A stretch of DNA of 64,000 nucleotides from Desulfurococcaceae archaeon (GTDB lineage Archaea; Thermoproteota; Thermoprotei_A; Sulfolobales; Desulfurococcaceae), in the NCBI GenBank assembly GCA_038888155.1, contig JAWAJB010000001.1, positions 384,001 to 448,000 of the forward strand. The letters run 5' to 3'. Position numbers and translations under genes: made by a program. Below the pieces are notes generated by a model. The model was not told the DNA's origin, made no database searches, and saw only the letters and a list, made by a program, of their open reading frames with translations. This document shows positions 18,315-28,042 of the stretch, piece by piece. Position 1 is the stretch's first letter; each line of letters starts with the position of its first letter.

Positions 18315-19076
18315 ATAGCGTTCAGCCAACTCATTGGAACTATACTTACTATGGCTGAAATGGAGCTTCGCAGGCTTAGACACGATCCGCTGGAAATTGT
18401 TACTAGAGCGATACAGCCGGTTCTTTGGGTTACAGTTTTCGGCGTCGTAATGGCTCGCAGAGTCTCTATTGACGTAGATAACTACATCTCGTTTATAGCG
18501 CCAGGAGTCGTGCTGCAGTCTGCTACATTCATAGCTCTTGCATACGGCATTATGCTCGTCTTTGAGAGAGAATCGGGTATACTTAAAAAGCTCCTTTCGT
18601 CTCCAATACCGCGCGCCTCAGTTGTTCTAGGGAGGGCTCTTGCAGGAGGCATTAGAGCTTCTACTCAATACATTATTGTACTTATAGCGGCTTCGCTAGC
18701 TGGCGCCAGCCTCACTAGTAATATATTGTTTCTACTTCTCGGCTACTTAGTTGTCATCTACGTTTGTATGGGGTTTACAGCGGTATCTATTCTCCTAGTC
18801 TCGGTAATGAAGACTAGAGAGAGGTTTATGGGCATCATAGGGGCTGTCTCTATGCCCCTGTTCTTCGCTAGCAATGCCCTATACCCGATCGACATAATGC
18901 CGACTGCTATTAGGATGTTCGCCCTTGTAAACCCTATAACGTACACTGTCAATATGCTGAGGAAAATACTGCTCTACTGTAGCCTAGATATCTCAGGCGA
19001 GCTAGTGGCAGTTACGCTATTCTTTGTTGCGGCAACAATTGCCGCTATTAGAGTACTTGATAAAATTGTAGAGTAA
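18315..19076 (+). CDS. ABC-2 exporter permease (start uncertain: ATA 18315 or ATG 18351)
   Basis: FIAPG, FERESG, FFASNALYP and NPITY motifs; about six TM segments. Confidence 0.85.
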   Translation: MAFSQLIGTILTMAEMELRRLRHDPLEIVTRAIQPVLWVTVFGVVMARRVSIDVDNYISFIAPGVVLQSATFIALAYGIMLVFERESGILKKLLSSPIPRASVVLGRALAGGIRASTQYIIVLIAASLAGASLTSNILFLLLGYLVVIYVCMGFTAVSILLVSVMKTRERFMGIIGAVSMPLFFASNALYPIDIMPTAIRMFALVNPITYTVNMLRKILLYCSLDISGELVAVTLFFVAATIAAIRVLDKIVE

Positions 19077-19141
19077 GGTAAAAGCATGAATAAACAGTAT
19101 AAAGTGAATTAAGGAGCTGTGAGCGAAACAACACTGAGGGG

Positions 19142-19864
19142 GTGCCTACGAAAGACGTCATTAAAGTTGTTGATGTATGGAAGGTTTACAAGCTAGGTAG
19201 TGTAGAGTTTCCAGCTCTTCGCGGCGTGAACCTATCCATAGAGAGGGGAGAAATACTCTCAATAATGGGCCCAAGCGGATCTGGAAAGACCACGCTGCTT
19301 AACATTATTGGCTTGCTCGACAAGCCAACGCGTGGAAAGGTGCACATAGATGGCATTGATGTCTCCACGCTCCCTGAACACAAAGTCGCGGATTTAAGAA
19401 ACAAGAAAATAGGGTTCGTTTTTCAGCAGTTCAACTTAATTAACAGGCTAACAGTCTACGAGAACATAGAGCTCCCCCTCATTCCCCGCGGACTGCCCCT
19501 CAGCCAAAGGAGGGAGCTAATCACTAAAGCGCTTCTAATGGTCGGAGGGGAGCAGGTGTGGTTGAGCAAGAAGCCAAATCAACTCAGCGGCGGACAACAG
19601 CAGAGAGTTGCTATTGCTAGAGCAATTGTGGGCAACCCCGAGATAATAGTGGCCGATGAACCGACTGGAAACCTCGATAGAGCATCTGCACGAGTAGTGG
19701 TAGATACATTCATGAGGCTGAATAAGTACGGCCTAACGGTAATAATAGTTTCTCACGACCCTGAGATAGCTAACTGCACTAATAAAATATATACCCTAAG
19801 AGATGGTAATATAGCAGGTGTAAAGGAGCCTGTAGCTGAGGAGTGCATACTGTTCAAGGAATAG
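19142..19864 (+). CDS. LolD/MacB-type ABC ATP-binding protein
   Basis: GPSGSGKTT, IGFVFQQFNL, LSGGQQQRVAIARA and ADEPTGNLD motifs. Confidence 0.93.
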   Translation: MPTKDVIKVVDVWKVYKLGSVEFPALRGVNLSIERGEILSIMGPSGSGKTTLLNIIGLLDKPTRGKVHIDGIDVSTLPEHKVADLRNKKIGFVFQQFNLINRLTVYENIELPLIPRGLPLSQRRELITKALLMVGGEQVWLSKKPNQLSGGQQQRVAIARAIVGNPEIIVADEPTGNLDRASARVVVDTFMRLNKYGLTVIIVSHDPEIANCTNKIYTLRDGNIAGVKEPVAEECILFKE

Positions 19865-19875
19865 GGTGCATTGCA

Positions 19876-22800
19876 GTGAACGCAAGAAAGTACACAACTT
19901 TGTTGCTCGTCGCGTGTCTGATATTTACGCTTGCGGGGACATTTGCCTCTTTTGCAACTGTTGCCCAATCTAGCGGCTGGGTGCTCGAGAGCAGCTCCTT
20001 CAGATCAACTAACGGGGGCGATGTCTACCCTGGGAGCCGCAACGCTAGGTTAACGGTTATTACTAGGTACATAGGTAGCGAGGAGGCTGTAAGCCCCGTT
20101 GGGTGCCTAGTGGGGCTTCCGCAGGGCTTCCAGCCACTTGGGCCAGCCTGCGTAGCAGGAAGGGACGCCAACAACACTGTCGTCTCGGCGGTTAAGGAGG
20201 GGGCTGTTATCTTCTTCTCATTTAACATCAATGTAGACAGGCGAATTGCTGTTGGTAATTACAGTTCATACTTAAACATCTCCTATTACGTTGCAGGTGA
20301 AGTGCTCTCAGAAGTTATCGAGGTCGGCTTGACCTTATCGGATTACCCACCGATGCTCATCTCCGTAGAAGATGCCTATCTTGCTCCATATAGCTATCCA
20401 GGTGCATGCCCAGTGAACACTTTGTTGAGAATTAAGAACAGCGGCACAACGAGTATAACGAACATGAGAGCTACATTAAACCTCCCCCAAGAGCTGGTTG
20501 AGCCAAGCGAAGTAAACTACACTTACGCGGGCACGCTAAACCCCGGGGAATCAGTATACTTGAACCTCGGAGGAATATGCGTATCCCCATCGGCTTATTG
20601 GGGCTTTAGCGGCCTTCTCTCCATTAAAGCTCAGCTAGTCACTAGCGATGGGGTCGTATACGATGATGAGTCCGAAGCGGAAGTCTGGTTTAACATAGGA
20701 GAGGAGCCGACTATGAAGCTATACGTTCTAGACTACGGGCTGACTAGCGGGTCTACTCTACCTGGCTTCAAGAATACTGGGATTAAATTATTGGTGAGAT
20801 CGGAAGAACCGAGCGTTCTCAGAATATCTCACTCGGTGGTTGAGCTCGAAAAGGCATACTTTACAAACGGCTCGAGCTCAGCTACATTTACAAACAACGT
20901 AGTGCTTAATTACTTGGATTCAGCGCTACTAACCTACAATGGAGTGAACATCGAAGAGGGGGCGAGATTTATTAGCGCATATATCACATTGTACGGCTCA
21001 GCAAACCGGGGGGGAACGGAATACCCCGTTGCGCTCAGCTTATATATTGTGATCTCCCTTGAAAGTAGAGATCTCTCTATACACGTTGCCAAAGTGAGTT
21101 GGGGGCGTAGCTACGCTTATCCTGGTTCTAGCGGTAACACGCTTATAATAGCAATACGCAATAGTGAGGCAGCCCTGAGCTTGAGCGATGCAATTGTAGA
21201 GGTGGCTTTAAGCCCCGAGAGCGCTATTTATCCAGATCGATTGATAGCGTCCAATGTTGCATTGAATCCAGGCTCTCTTGTAGAGGTTTACTTCCAGGGA
21301 ATCTCTATACCTAATACAACGGCGCCCGGCGCTTATGATGCGCTAATACGCATCACGGGAGTTCTAAGAGGGCCTGATGGCTCATTTAGGTACACCTCCC
21401 TGCACCGAGATGCCCTAGTCGTCGTAGAGGATGCATCAAAGTTAACCCCAGTACTGCCTGTTTTCAACTTAGTCGATGTCTTCTGGGGCGAGATTTCACC
21501 TCAGCACGTCTACCCAGGCAACTCGAGGGCCCCTCTCACTATCACTGTGCAAAACAACGGCACTTTCACGGCATTAAATACCCTGTTATTGCTTGAATCC
21601 GCTTCAAGCGATGTGAAGCTGCTTAGTAGAGGAGCTCAGTGCGCTGTTCGACTATCTCCAGGTGATCAATGCTCTGGCGTATTCTACTTAGACCTATCCA
21701 ATGCCTCTAGCGGCTTAATGAGCTTTAACCTCACAGTTAAGTACGTTCTCCAGGAGCTGGGAGTAGAGACTCTGTTCACCCAGGAAATGGCTATCTCGCT
21801 GTATTTGCCTGCGTACCCTGCGGGAACAGGCTTAGTTGTCTCTAGCTCCGGGTGGCTGAACAACAACCCCGCTTTTCCCAACAGCAAGGGAGCTATTCTC
21901 TCTATTACACTTGCTAACCTAGAGCCCTACCCAGTCTACTCTACTTGGGCTAGATTAGAGGCGCCTACCTGCATGGCAATTCATAATGGCACTCAAAACA
22001 CTGCGTATATAGCTGGGCCTGTGGCATCCCTGCAAACTGCTACGATCTCCTTTGCTCTTGACTTGAATAACTGCAACAGCGGAGTACAGGTCGCCGAGCT
22101 AGAGCTAGACTACTACGTCCAGACAACTGGCGGCGGCGTGAGGAGGAAGCTCAACCACACTCTACCCCTGTTTGTTGATGCCGACGAGGGGGGCCTAGAT
22201 TACGTGCTGTCTGGCTGGGTCAATACACCGCTGGTTCCACCAGTGTATGGAGCTTACTACTACGTTGTACTCCGCAATAATTTGTTCCCCCAAGTAAACA
22301 ACCCCGTCCTACGGCTGTACCTTCCTGAGGGCGTAGTTGAGTCTAAGAGCAATAGTAGGGAGCCAGTAATAATGCCTGCGTCTAGGCTAACAGCTCAACA
22401 GGCATTTGTGCTCCAGAGTTTTCCAGGTGGCATAGCCTCACTAATTGAGCAGCTATTACCTCAATTATCGCAACCACAGGTCACCTCAACTGGCAAGGGC
22501 GAGTTTGTAGTGTACATGTTCCAGCTTAACGTAGAGCGGGCGGACATAGAGGAATTCAGCGTGCCGTTTGTTATTTCATTTATAGATCACTGGGGACATG
22601 AGTACAAATTTTCCTCCTCGTTTACTGTTAAAGTGCTCAAAGCGCCGCCCCTCTTAGAGGTCCGCCCAGCATCTCACCTAATAGTATTCAACAATGGGAC
22701 AGCAATTCTAGACGTACACGTTGTTAATAACTACAGCGCTTCTGTGTACAACTTGTACGTTGCACTGGTGCCGGTATCGGGTAACGCTATACCCCAGAAC

Positions 22801-23451
22801 GCAATAAAGTACATTGAAAAGCTGGAGGGTAGGAGCAATACTACATTGAGGTATACGCTTATCTATAATCCCGTTCAGATAACAATAGGTTCTGTACCCG
22901 TTGCTATGACCTCTGCGGTATTCACTGTAACGCTAATATACGTGGATACCGCCGGCGGATATCACAGCATGAACACTACGTTGGCCGCTATGGTATCTCC
23001 GTTTATCGAGCTAGCAATAATGCCCGGCATAGCTGCAAGGCATACTGGCAGTACTCTAATCGTAAACGGAGTTCTCGCTAACACCGGTTTGACGTCGGCG
23101 AAGAGCGTTGTAATTTACTTAAAGTATGCTGGGCGCGAGACGCTGAGCATTATCGGCGACATCGACCCCGCGTCTCAGACGCCTTTCAGAGTTGAGATGG
23201 CAACCCCATATGTGAACAAGACCTGCACAGTCGTAGTGAGGTATAGAGATGAGTACGGCTCAGAGTACGCATTTGAGAGAGAACTGGAGATCACAGTTCA
23301 ACCAGAGGCGCCTAAAACTACCCCTCCGCCCGCAGAAATGGATAGCTTCCTAAGGCTCACTATAATAGTCATAGTCTGCCTGTTTCTAGTAGGGGTGTTC
23401 CTAGTAATTTACAGATATGTTAGAAAATACGTAGGGGAAGGTAGGGCTTAG
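19876..23451 (+). CDS. Large secreted multi-beta-sandwich (COG1361/S-layer-like) protein with C-terminal membrane anchor
   Basis: Signal peptide, recurring (W)G..xYPGxx..LxIxxxN modules, many N-x-S/T sequons, Pro/Thr linker followed by a TM helix. Confidence 0.7.
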   Translation: MNARKYTTLLLVACLIFTLAGTFASFATVAQSSGWVLESSSFRSTNGGDVYPGSRNARLTVITRYIGSEEAVSPVGCLVGLPQGFQPLGPACVAGRDANNTVVSAVKEGAVIFFSFNINVDRRIAVGNYSSYLNISYYVAGEVLSEVIEVGLTLSDYPPMLISVEDAYLAPYSYPGACPVNTLLRIKNSGTTSITNMRATLNLPQELVEPSEVNYTYAGTLNPGESVYLNLGGICVSPSAYWGFSGLLSIKAQLVTSDGVVYDDESEAEVWFNIGEEPTMKLYVLDYGLTSGSTLPGFKNTGIKLLVRSEEPSVLRISHSVVELEKAYFTNGSSSATFTNNVVLNYLDSALLTYNGVNIEEGARFISAYITLYGSANRGGTEYPVALSLYIVISLESRDLSIHVAKVSWGRSYAYPGSSGNTLIIAIRNSEAALSLSDAIVEVALSPESAIYPDRLIASNVALNPGSLVEVYFQGISIPNTTAPGAYDALIRITGVLRGPDGSFRYTSLHRDALVVVEDASKLTPVLPVFNLVDVFWGEISPQHVYPGNSRAPLTITVQNNGTFTALNTLLLLESASSDVKLLSRGAQCAVRLSPGDQCSGVFYLDLSNASSGLMSFNLTVKYVLQELGVETLFTQEMAISLYLPAYPAGTGLVVSSSGWLNNNPAFPNSKGAILSITLANLEPYPVYSTWARLEAPTCMAIHNGTQNTAYIAGPVASLQTATISFALDLNNCNSGVQVAELELDYYVQTTGGGVRRKLNHTLPLFVDADEGGLDYVLSGWVNTPLVPPVYGAYYYVVLRNNLFPQVNNPVLRLYLPEGVVESKSNSREPVIMPASRLTAQQAFVLQSFPGGIASLIEQLLPQLSQPQVTSTGKGEFVVYMFQLNVERADIEEFSVPFVISFIDHWGHEYKFSSSFTVKVLKAPPLLEVRPASHLIVFNNGTAILDVHVVNNYSASVYNLYVALVPVSGNAIPQNAIKYIEKLEGRSNTTLRYTLIYNPVQITIGSVPVAMTSAVFTVTLIYVDTAGGYHSMNTTLAAMVSPFIELAIMPGIAARHTGSTLIVNGVLANTGLTSAKSVVIYLKYAGRETLSIIGDIDPASQTPFRVEMATPYVNKTCTVVVRYRDEYGSEYAFERELEITVQPEAPKTTPPPAEMDSFLRLTIIVIVCLFLVGVFLVIYRYVRKYVGEGRA

Positions 23452-24653
23452 TGAAACTAAGGGACATATTAAGGCTAAGCTTAAGGGCCCTCACAGAGAG
23501 AAAGCTAAGGGCAGTGTTGACAATTATTGGGATAGCAATAGGTCCAATGGCTCTAGTAATGATTGGTAGCATTGTAGGCGGCTACGGAAAATACATAGTA
23601 TCCTCTATCACGGGGCTTGGGCAGAACTTAATAGTTGTTTCACCTGCGCGCGGCTATCAGCTAACTGCAGATGATTTAGAGTACATTAAGCAAATACCGG
23701 GCGTTGTTGACGTAACGCCATTTTATACGACTCAGGGCGAAATACTAGTTAGAGGCGAGCGCAAAACGGTTTACATTTACGGCGTTGAGCCGATGTTTAT
23801 AACGAAAGCTATTTCAAGCCTTACTGTGCTCGAGGGGTACATCCCCTCATCTAGTGAGTGGAGCAAAGCTCTTGTGGGGTATGACGTAGTCTTCAATAAT
23901 GGAGAGAGGTTTTTTGACTTGAACGACGTGTTATCCATTACTATATATAAAGTAGGGACGAGGGGGAGGGTCGAGATAAGGCGATTGAACATAATAGTTG
24001 CAGGCGTGCTCAACAAATTCGGCGGAGCTGTTTTCCTAAATCCTGATGCAGGTATATTTGTGCCTGTAACAACGCTGGAGAGGGCTATTGGCGTAAAAGA
24101 GTGGAGCGGAGTGCTCGTGTTGACTGAAGCTCCAGATCAAGTGGACTCTGCTAGCAGGGCAATCAGAGGCGCATTTTCAAACAACGTTGAAGTTATATCT
24201 TTTCTAGCTATTGCCAGGACAGTGTCAAGCGTTGTCTCAGCAGTTGACTTCATAACCTTTGCTGCATCTACTTCGGCGTTCGCTGTAGCAGTAGCAGGTG
24301 TCGCTGCATCCATGATCACCAGTATAATGGAGAGGACAAAGGAAATTGGCGTCATGAAGGCTATAGGATTTAGAGACAACCAAGTACTGGTCCTTGTACT
24401 AGCCGAGGGCATTATAATGAGCATTATTGGCTACGCGATTGGACTCTCGATGGGTATGCTGGGCGCTAGATTCCTATCGACTCGCGGGCTTGAGATAGGC
24501 AGTTTCTGGAGAATAGAGGCTGAGCCCGAGTTTTCACTGGATCTCGTGTCGAGGAGCCTCGGCATGACTATTAGCGTGGGGGTATTGGGGGCGTTATTCC
24601 CTGCTTACAGAGCCATGAAGATCCCGCCAGCAACTGCACTACGATACGAGTAA
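23451..24653 (+). CDS. MacB/FtsX-family ABC permease
   Basis: RKLRAVLTIIGIAIG, ERTKEIGVMKAIG and PAYRAMKIPPATALRYE motifs. Confidence 0.93.
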   Translation: MKLRDILRLSLRALTERKLRAVLTIIGIAIGPMALVMIGSIVGGYGKYIVSSITGLGQNLIVVSPARGYQLTADDLEYIKQIPGVVDVTPFYTTQGEILVRGERKTVYIYGVEPMFITKAISSLTVLEGYIPSSSEWSKALVGYDVVFNNGERFFDLNDVLSITIYKVGTRGRVEIRRLNIIVAGVLNKFGGAVFLNPDAGIFVPVTTLERAIGVKEWSGVLVLTEAPDQVDSASRAIRGAFSNNVEVISFLAIARTVSSVVSAVDFITFAASTSAFAVAVAGVAASMITSIMERTKEIGVMKAIGFRDNQVLVLVLAEGIIMSIIGYAIGLSMGMLGARFLSTRGLEIGSFWRIEAEPEFSLDLVSRSLGMTISVGVLGALFPAYRAMKIPPATALRYE

Positions 24654-24727
24654 CTCTCGGCCGTTGAGGCTAAAGCATAAAATAAGGTAAACGCGATGTA
24701 GATAAAGTAACTAAATTTAGGAGTGGT

Positions 24728-25252
24728 GTGCGCGTTTCTATGTTGTTGAGAGACATTATTACGAAGTGGCTTTTAGAGGAGGCGTATATAGTTTCTCGAC
24801 TAGAGGCTCCTCCTGAGGCTAGAGTCTCCTGGAGCCTAAACGTGGCTACGCCCGGGGCTCTTGGAGTAAGGTTCTCAGTTATCTCGCCTATGGATAGGCC
24901 CGATAAAGTTGTACTCGTAATGGGTATCGCTATTTCCCACGAACACAGGGACCTCCTCGAAAAGCTTAAGCTCACAGAGCGGATAAAGGTCCTTCACTCA
25001 ATACTGTCTAAGGCCCTGCCCGTGTGCATTGACTGCAAAATAGCAGTTCAGCCCAACATCACAAACCCCCAAACAATAACAATAAACATGGAGCTCTTTG
25101 AAGAGGAAATAGAAAAGTACGGAAAACCTTACTTTATTAGAGTAGTTGCAAGGCTTCTCAACACTTACCTAGCAGTAGTTTCTGGCTTCAATGAGTGGTT
25201 CCCAGTAGTCCCCCCAATTGATAAGGGAAAGGAGCCCCAGACCTTTATGTAG
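24728..25252 (+). CDS. DUF2299-like conserved archaeal protein
   Basis: I.KWLLEE.Y and ISHEHR pattern. Confidence 0.55.
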   Translation: MRVSMLLRDIITKWLLEEAYIVSRLEAPPEARVSWSLNVATPGALGVRFSVISPMDRPDKVVLVMGIAISHEHRDLLEKLKLTERIKVLHSILSKALPVCIDCKIAVQPNITNPQTITINMELFEEEIEKYGKPYFIRVVARLLNTYLAVVSGFNEWFPVVPPIDKGKEPQTFM

Positions 25253-25279
25253 GTAGAGCTCCAATACAGGAAATTAGGT

Positions 25280-25717
25280 TTGAGTATGGGCTGGAAACAA
25301 TACGGCTTCCTAACAGAGAGACAGTATGCTGTGCTAAGCTATAGAGTAAAGGGCTACACGCAGAGCGAGGTAGCGGAGAGGCTGGGGATCTCGCGCAGTG
25401 CTGTTGCCTCAATTGAGAAATCAGCTAAAAGAAAGATAGAACTCGCGCAGAAAACAATTAGTCTATACAGGCAAATGCTTTCAGTGGCAATACTTAAAAT
25501 AAAGGCTGGAACGAAGCTTATTGATATACCCAGCATTGTGATCAGAAGGGCAGACGAGCTTGGGATAAAGCTCAAGGGGGATTTCTCGTATATATACTCG
25601 CAACTTCGTTACGGAGTCGGCGTTAGAAAGCCCGTACTAGATAGAGAGGTTTTAGTGCTATTTTTTAAGGATGGAAGCTTCGAGATAACATCAGAGGATT
25701 TAAGCAAGAGGGCTTGA
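25280..25717 (+). CDS. tfx: Tfx family DNA-binding protein
   Basis: GFLTERQ...GYTQSEVA..LGISRSAVASIEKSA HTH followed by the Tfx C-terminal GTKLIDIP...ADELGIKL. Confidence 0.85.
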   Translation: MSMGWKQYGFLTERQYAVLSYRVKGYTQSEVAERLGISRSAVASIEKSAKRKIELAQKTISLYRQMLSVAILKIKAGTKLIDIPSIVIRRADELGIKLKGDFSYIYSQLRYGVGVRKPVLDREVLVLFFKDGSFEITSEDLSKRA

Positions 25718-25859
25718 GTTCTTCAGCTCTTAATGCAACCAACGCCTAAAGGCTAAAGCCTGCGCGCTCAAACGCAACGGGTTAAGGGCTAATTGTTTTA
25801 GGATCGCGAAGTATTTTTATTCCCAGTAGCCCCTTATACATCTGCAGGTGAACTTCTTA

Positions 25860-26426
25860 ATGAATTACTCAGAGCCCTTTATGCTGTACGTGAGCAAGAG
25901 GTTCTTGGATAAAGCTTCTAAGGCATTTGGCCTAGGCTTGGTTGTTAGAAAACCCCTCCTTGATATCTTTAAGAAAATGCGCGTTGAAATCAAAGAGCTT
26001 GAAAGAGATGAGGCGGAGAGTGCCCTCAGGAGGATCTCTGAGTCAAAGGGCCTAAATATCTCCACTGCCCAACTGATTAAGGGACTAGCGCTGGCTTTCC
26101 TTCTACCTACAGGCTTGTTTGTAGCTACGTTAAAGAAAGTTTTTTACAGGGCTGGAATTGAAGCAGAGAAGTACATTATCATAGAGTTTTTAGCTGAAAT
26201 TCCGAGGGCATTTAGGCCGACTCTCTACTACGATATATGGCTTGTTATTCCTAAAGAGGAGGGCGGGGGCAAGGAAGCTGCGAGTACACTTAAAGAAATA
26301 GTCAACAAGGTTGGCGTTCCCCCCTTAACAGAAGAGGAATGGAGGGATGCCGAGCCCATAAGGGAAAAGCTTGCTGGAAAAGTCGAGGTCAGAGGGCTGA
26401 CAGAGAACCTCTGGGCAGTAATTTAA
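25860..26426 (+). CDS. Conserved hypothetical protein
   Basis: Clean ORF of about 190 aa with a TATA-like element upstream; no motif recognised. Confidence 0.75.
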   Translation: MNYSEPFMLYVSKRFLDKASKAFGLGLVVRKPLLDIFKKMRVEIKELERDEAESALRRISESKGLNISTAQLIKGLALAFLLPTGLFVATLKKVFYRAGIEAEKYIIIEFLAEIPRAFRPTLYYDIWLVIPKEEGGGKEAASTLKEIVNKVGVPPLTEEEWRDAEPIREKLAGKVEVRGLTENLWAVI

Positions 26427-26517
26427 AACTAGTTTACACCCAGCATTGAGCTAGATTCAATTAGAGTTTTTAATATCGCTAGTAAGCCCCATAAACTAGT
26501 TTTGTATAAACAGATAG

Positions 26518-26591
26518 TGGACCGGCCGGGAATTGAACCCGGGACCTCCGCCGTGCGAGGGCGGCGCTCTTCCAGGCTGAGCTACCGGCCC
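26518..26591 (-). tRNA. tRNA-Ala(CGC)
   Basis: GGGCCGG...CCGGTCC-A acceptor with G3:U70; anticodon arm CCGCC-CTCGCAC-GGCGG; T loop TTCAATT; CCA not encoded. Confidence 0.97.
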
Positions 26592-26655
26592 ACCCAGCAG
26601 TGTTTTATTTTTGAGTAAATGGTATTAAAAGCGTTGCAGAGGAAGTAAATAAAAA

Positions 26656-27192
26656 CTAAATATTGAAGCCGGCCTCTAGGGCCTTTATGTTGACTTCAAG
26701 CCACTCAGGCTGTATGAGCTCCTTAAGTGCCATTTTGACGTGCTCTAAGCTCATTATCTTAGTTTCCTTTATCAGCTTGCCCAAGATAGCCATGTTTGCT
26801 GCGCGGCGAGTCCCAGACTCTTTCTCGGCTACTTCAGTGAACCTTGCCGAGATTACTTTATAGTCCTTGAAGAGCTCAGGGTTGACGAACTCTTCGTCTA
26901 TTAAAATAACTGTCGATGGCCTAAACGTTGATTTATAGCTCTCAACGCTGAACGGGTACATGAATATAGCTACGTCGGGGCTTTGAACCTTTATGTACTC
27001 GGCTTCAGCCATGGACGATGCTATTATTACGTCTGATCTGCTCTGGCCCCCCCGCGTTTCTGCCTCGTACGTCTCCGTCACAACTGAGTAGAGATTGGCC
27101 AGGCTTGCAGCTAGGCCGAGAACTCTTCCAAGGATTAATACTCCCTGTCCGCCTCTACCGATTACTAGGATTTCCCACTTCAAGTTAGACAC
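26656..27192 (-). CDS. 2-oxoacid:ferredoxin oxidoreductase gamma subunit (Kor type)
   Basis: GRGGQG, ETRGGQSRSDV and ANMAILG motifs. Confidence 0.9.
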   Translation of the reverse strand: MSNLKWEILVIGRGGQGVLILGRVLGLAASLANLYSVVTETYEAETRGGQSRSDVIIASSMAEAEYIKVQSPDVAIFMYPFSVESYKSTFRPSTVILIDEEFVNPELFKDYKVISARFTEVAEKESGTRRAANMAILGKLIKETKIMSLEHVKMALKELIQPEWLEVNIKALEAGFNI

Positions 27193-28042
27193 CCACTACT
27201 TTTTGTTTTCCGTAACCTCCGTAAAATAGTTCAAGGTAGGAGGGGTTGTTTCTCTCCACGAATTCTCCTATAATTATTTCTTTGTTCCAATCAATATCCG
27301 ACTCCTCGATGGCAGGCCTCGGCTTGTACTTAACGCGGTTTTTAAGTTCGCGGAACATTTTAACGGGATCCCTTGCGCCAATAGTTCTTCCAAATCTCTC
27401 TGGGCATGTTGAGAGCACCTCTATAAGCCTGAACCCCTTCATGCCCAACGCTTTGTAGGCAAACTGCTCTATGTAATGCGGCGTAGTAACGCTTGCCCTT
27501 GCTACGTAGTTTACGTTTAAGGATGCGAGAAGTTTAATGACGCTTAGCGCTGGCTCTGGGCTTCCCTGCGGCGTAGTTGTTGTCCTCAATCCCTGTGGCG
27601 TTGTTGGGGCAACTTGCCCTCCAGTCATTGCATAGGTGAAGTTCGTGAACATCAGTACCAGTATGTCAGCGTTTCGCCGAGCTGCGTGTATTAGGTGGTT
27701 TCCGCCAATAGCTGCTATATCGCCATCTCCTCCCACTGCTATCACTTTTAGCTCTGGGTTTGCAATTACAGCGCCTAGAGCGTTAGCTACTGCGCGACCG
27801 TGTAGGCACCGCCCTACGTCGTAGTTTACGTAAGGCACAGCTCTTGCAGTGCACCCAATTCCGGCCATCCACACTACTTTTTCGGGGTTTATAGAGCCCT
27901 CGTTTATTCTTCTATCTAGCGCTCTAAGTACAGCTCCCATGCCTATTCCTATTCCGCATCCAGGGCAGTGTATTGTAGGCAACCTTTCAACTCTCAGGTG
28001 CCTATCGAGGGGATGAATGTGTTGAGCGGGTGCTACAGCCAC
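27185..28042 (-). CDS. 2-oxoacid:ferredoxin oxidoreductase beta (TPP-binding) subunit
   Basis: HCPGCG, GIGC, LHGRA, GGDGD and YAMTGGQVAPTTP motifs. Confidence 0.93.
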   Translation of the reverse strand: MAVAPAQHIHPLDRHLRVERLPTIHCPGCGIGIGMGAVLRALDRRINEGSINPEKVVWMAGIGCTARAVPYVNYDVGRCLHGRAVANALGAVIANPELKVIAVGGDGDIAAIGGNHLIHAARRNADILVLMFTNFTYAMTGGQVAPTTPQGLRTTTTPQGSPEPALSVIKLLASLNVNYVARASVTTPHYIEQFAYKALGMKGFRLIEVLSTCPERFGRTIGARDPVKMFRELKNRVKYKPRPAIEESDIDWNKEIIIGEFVERNNPSYLELFYGGYGKQKVVGV

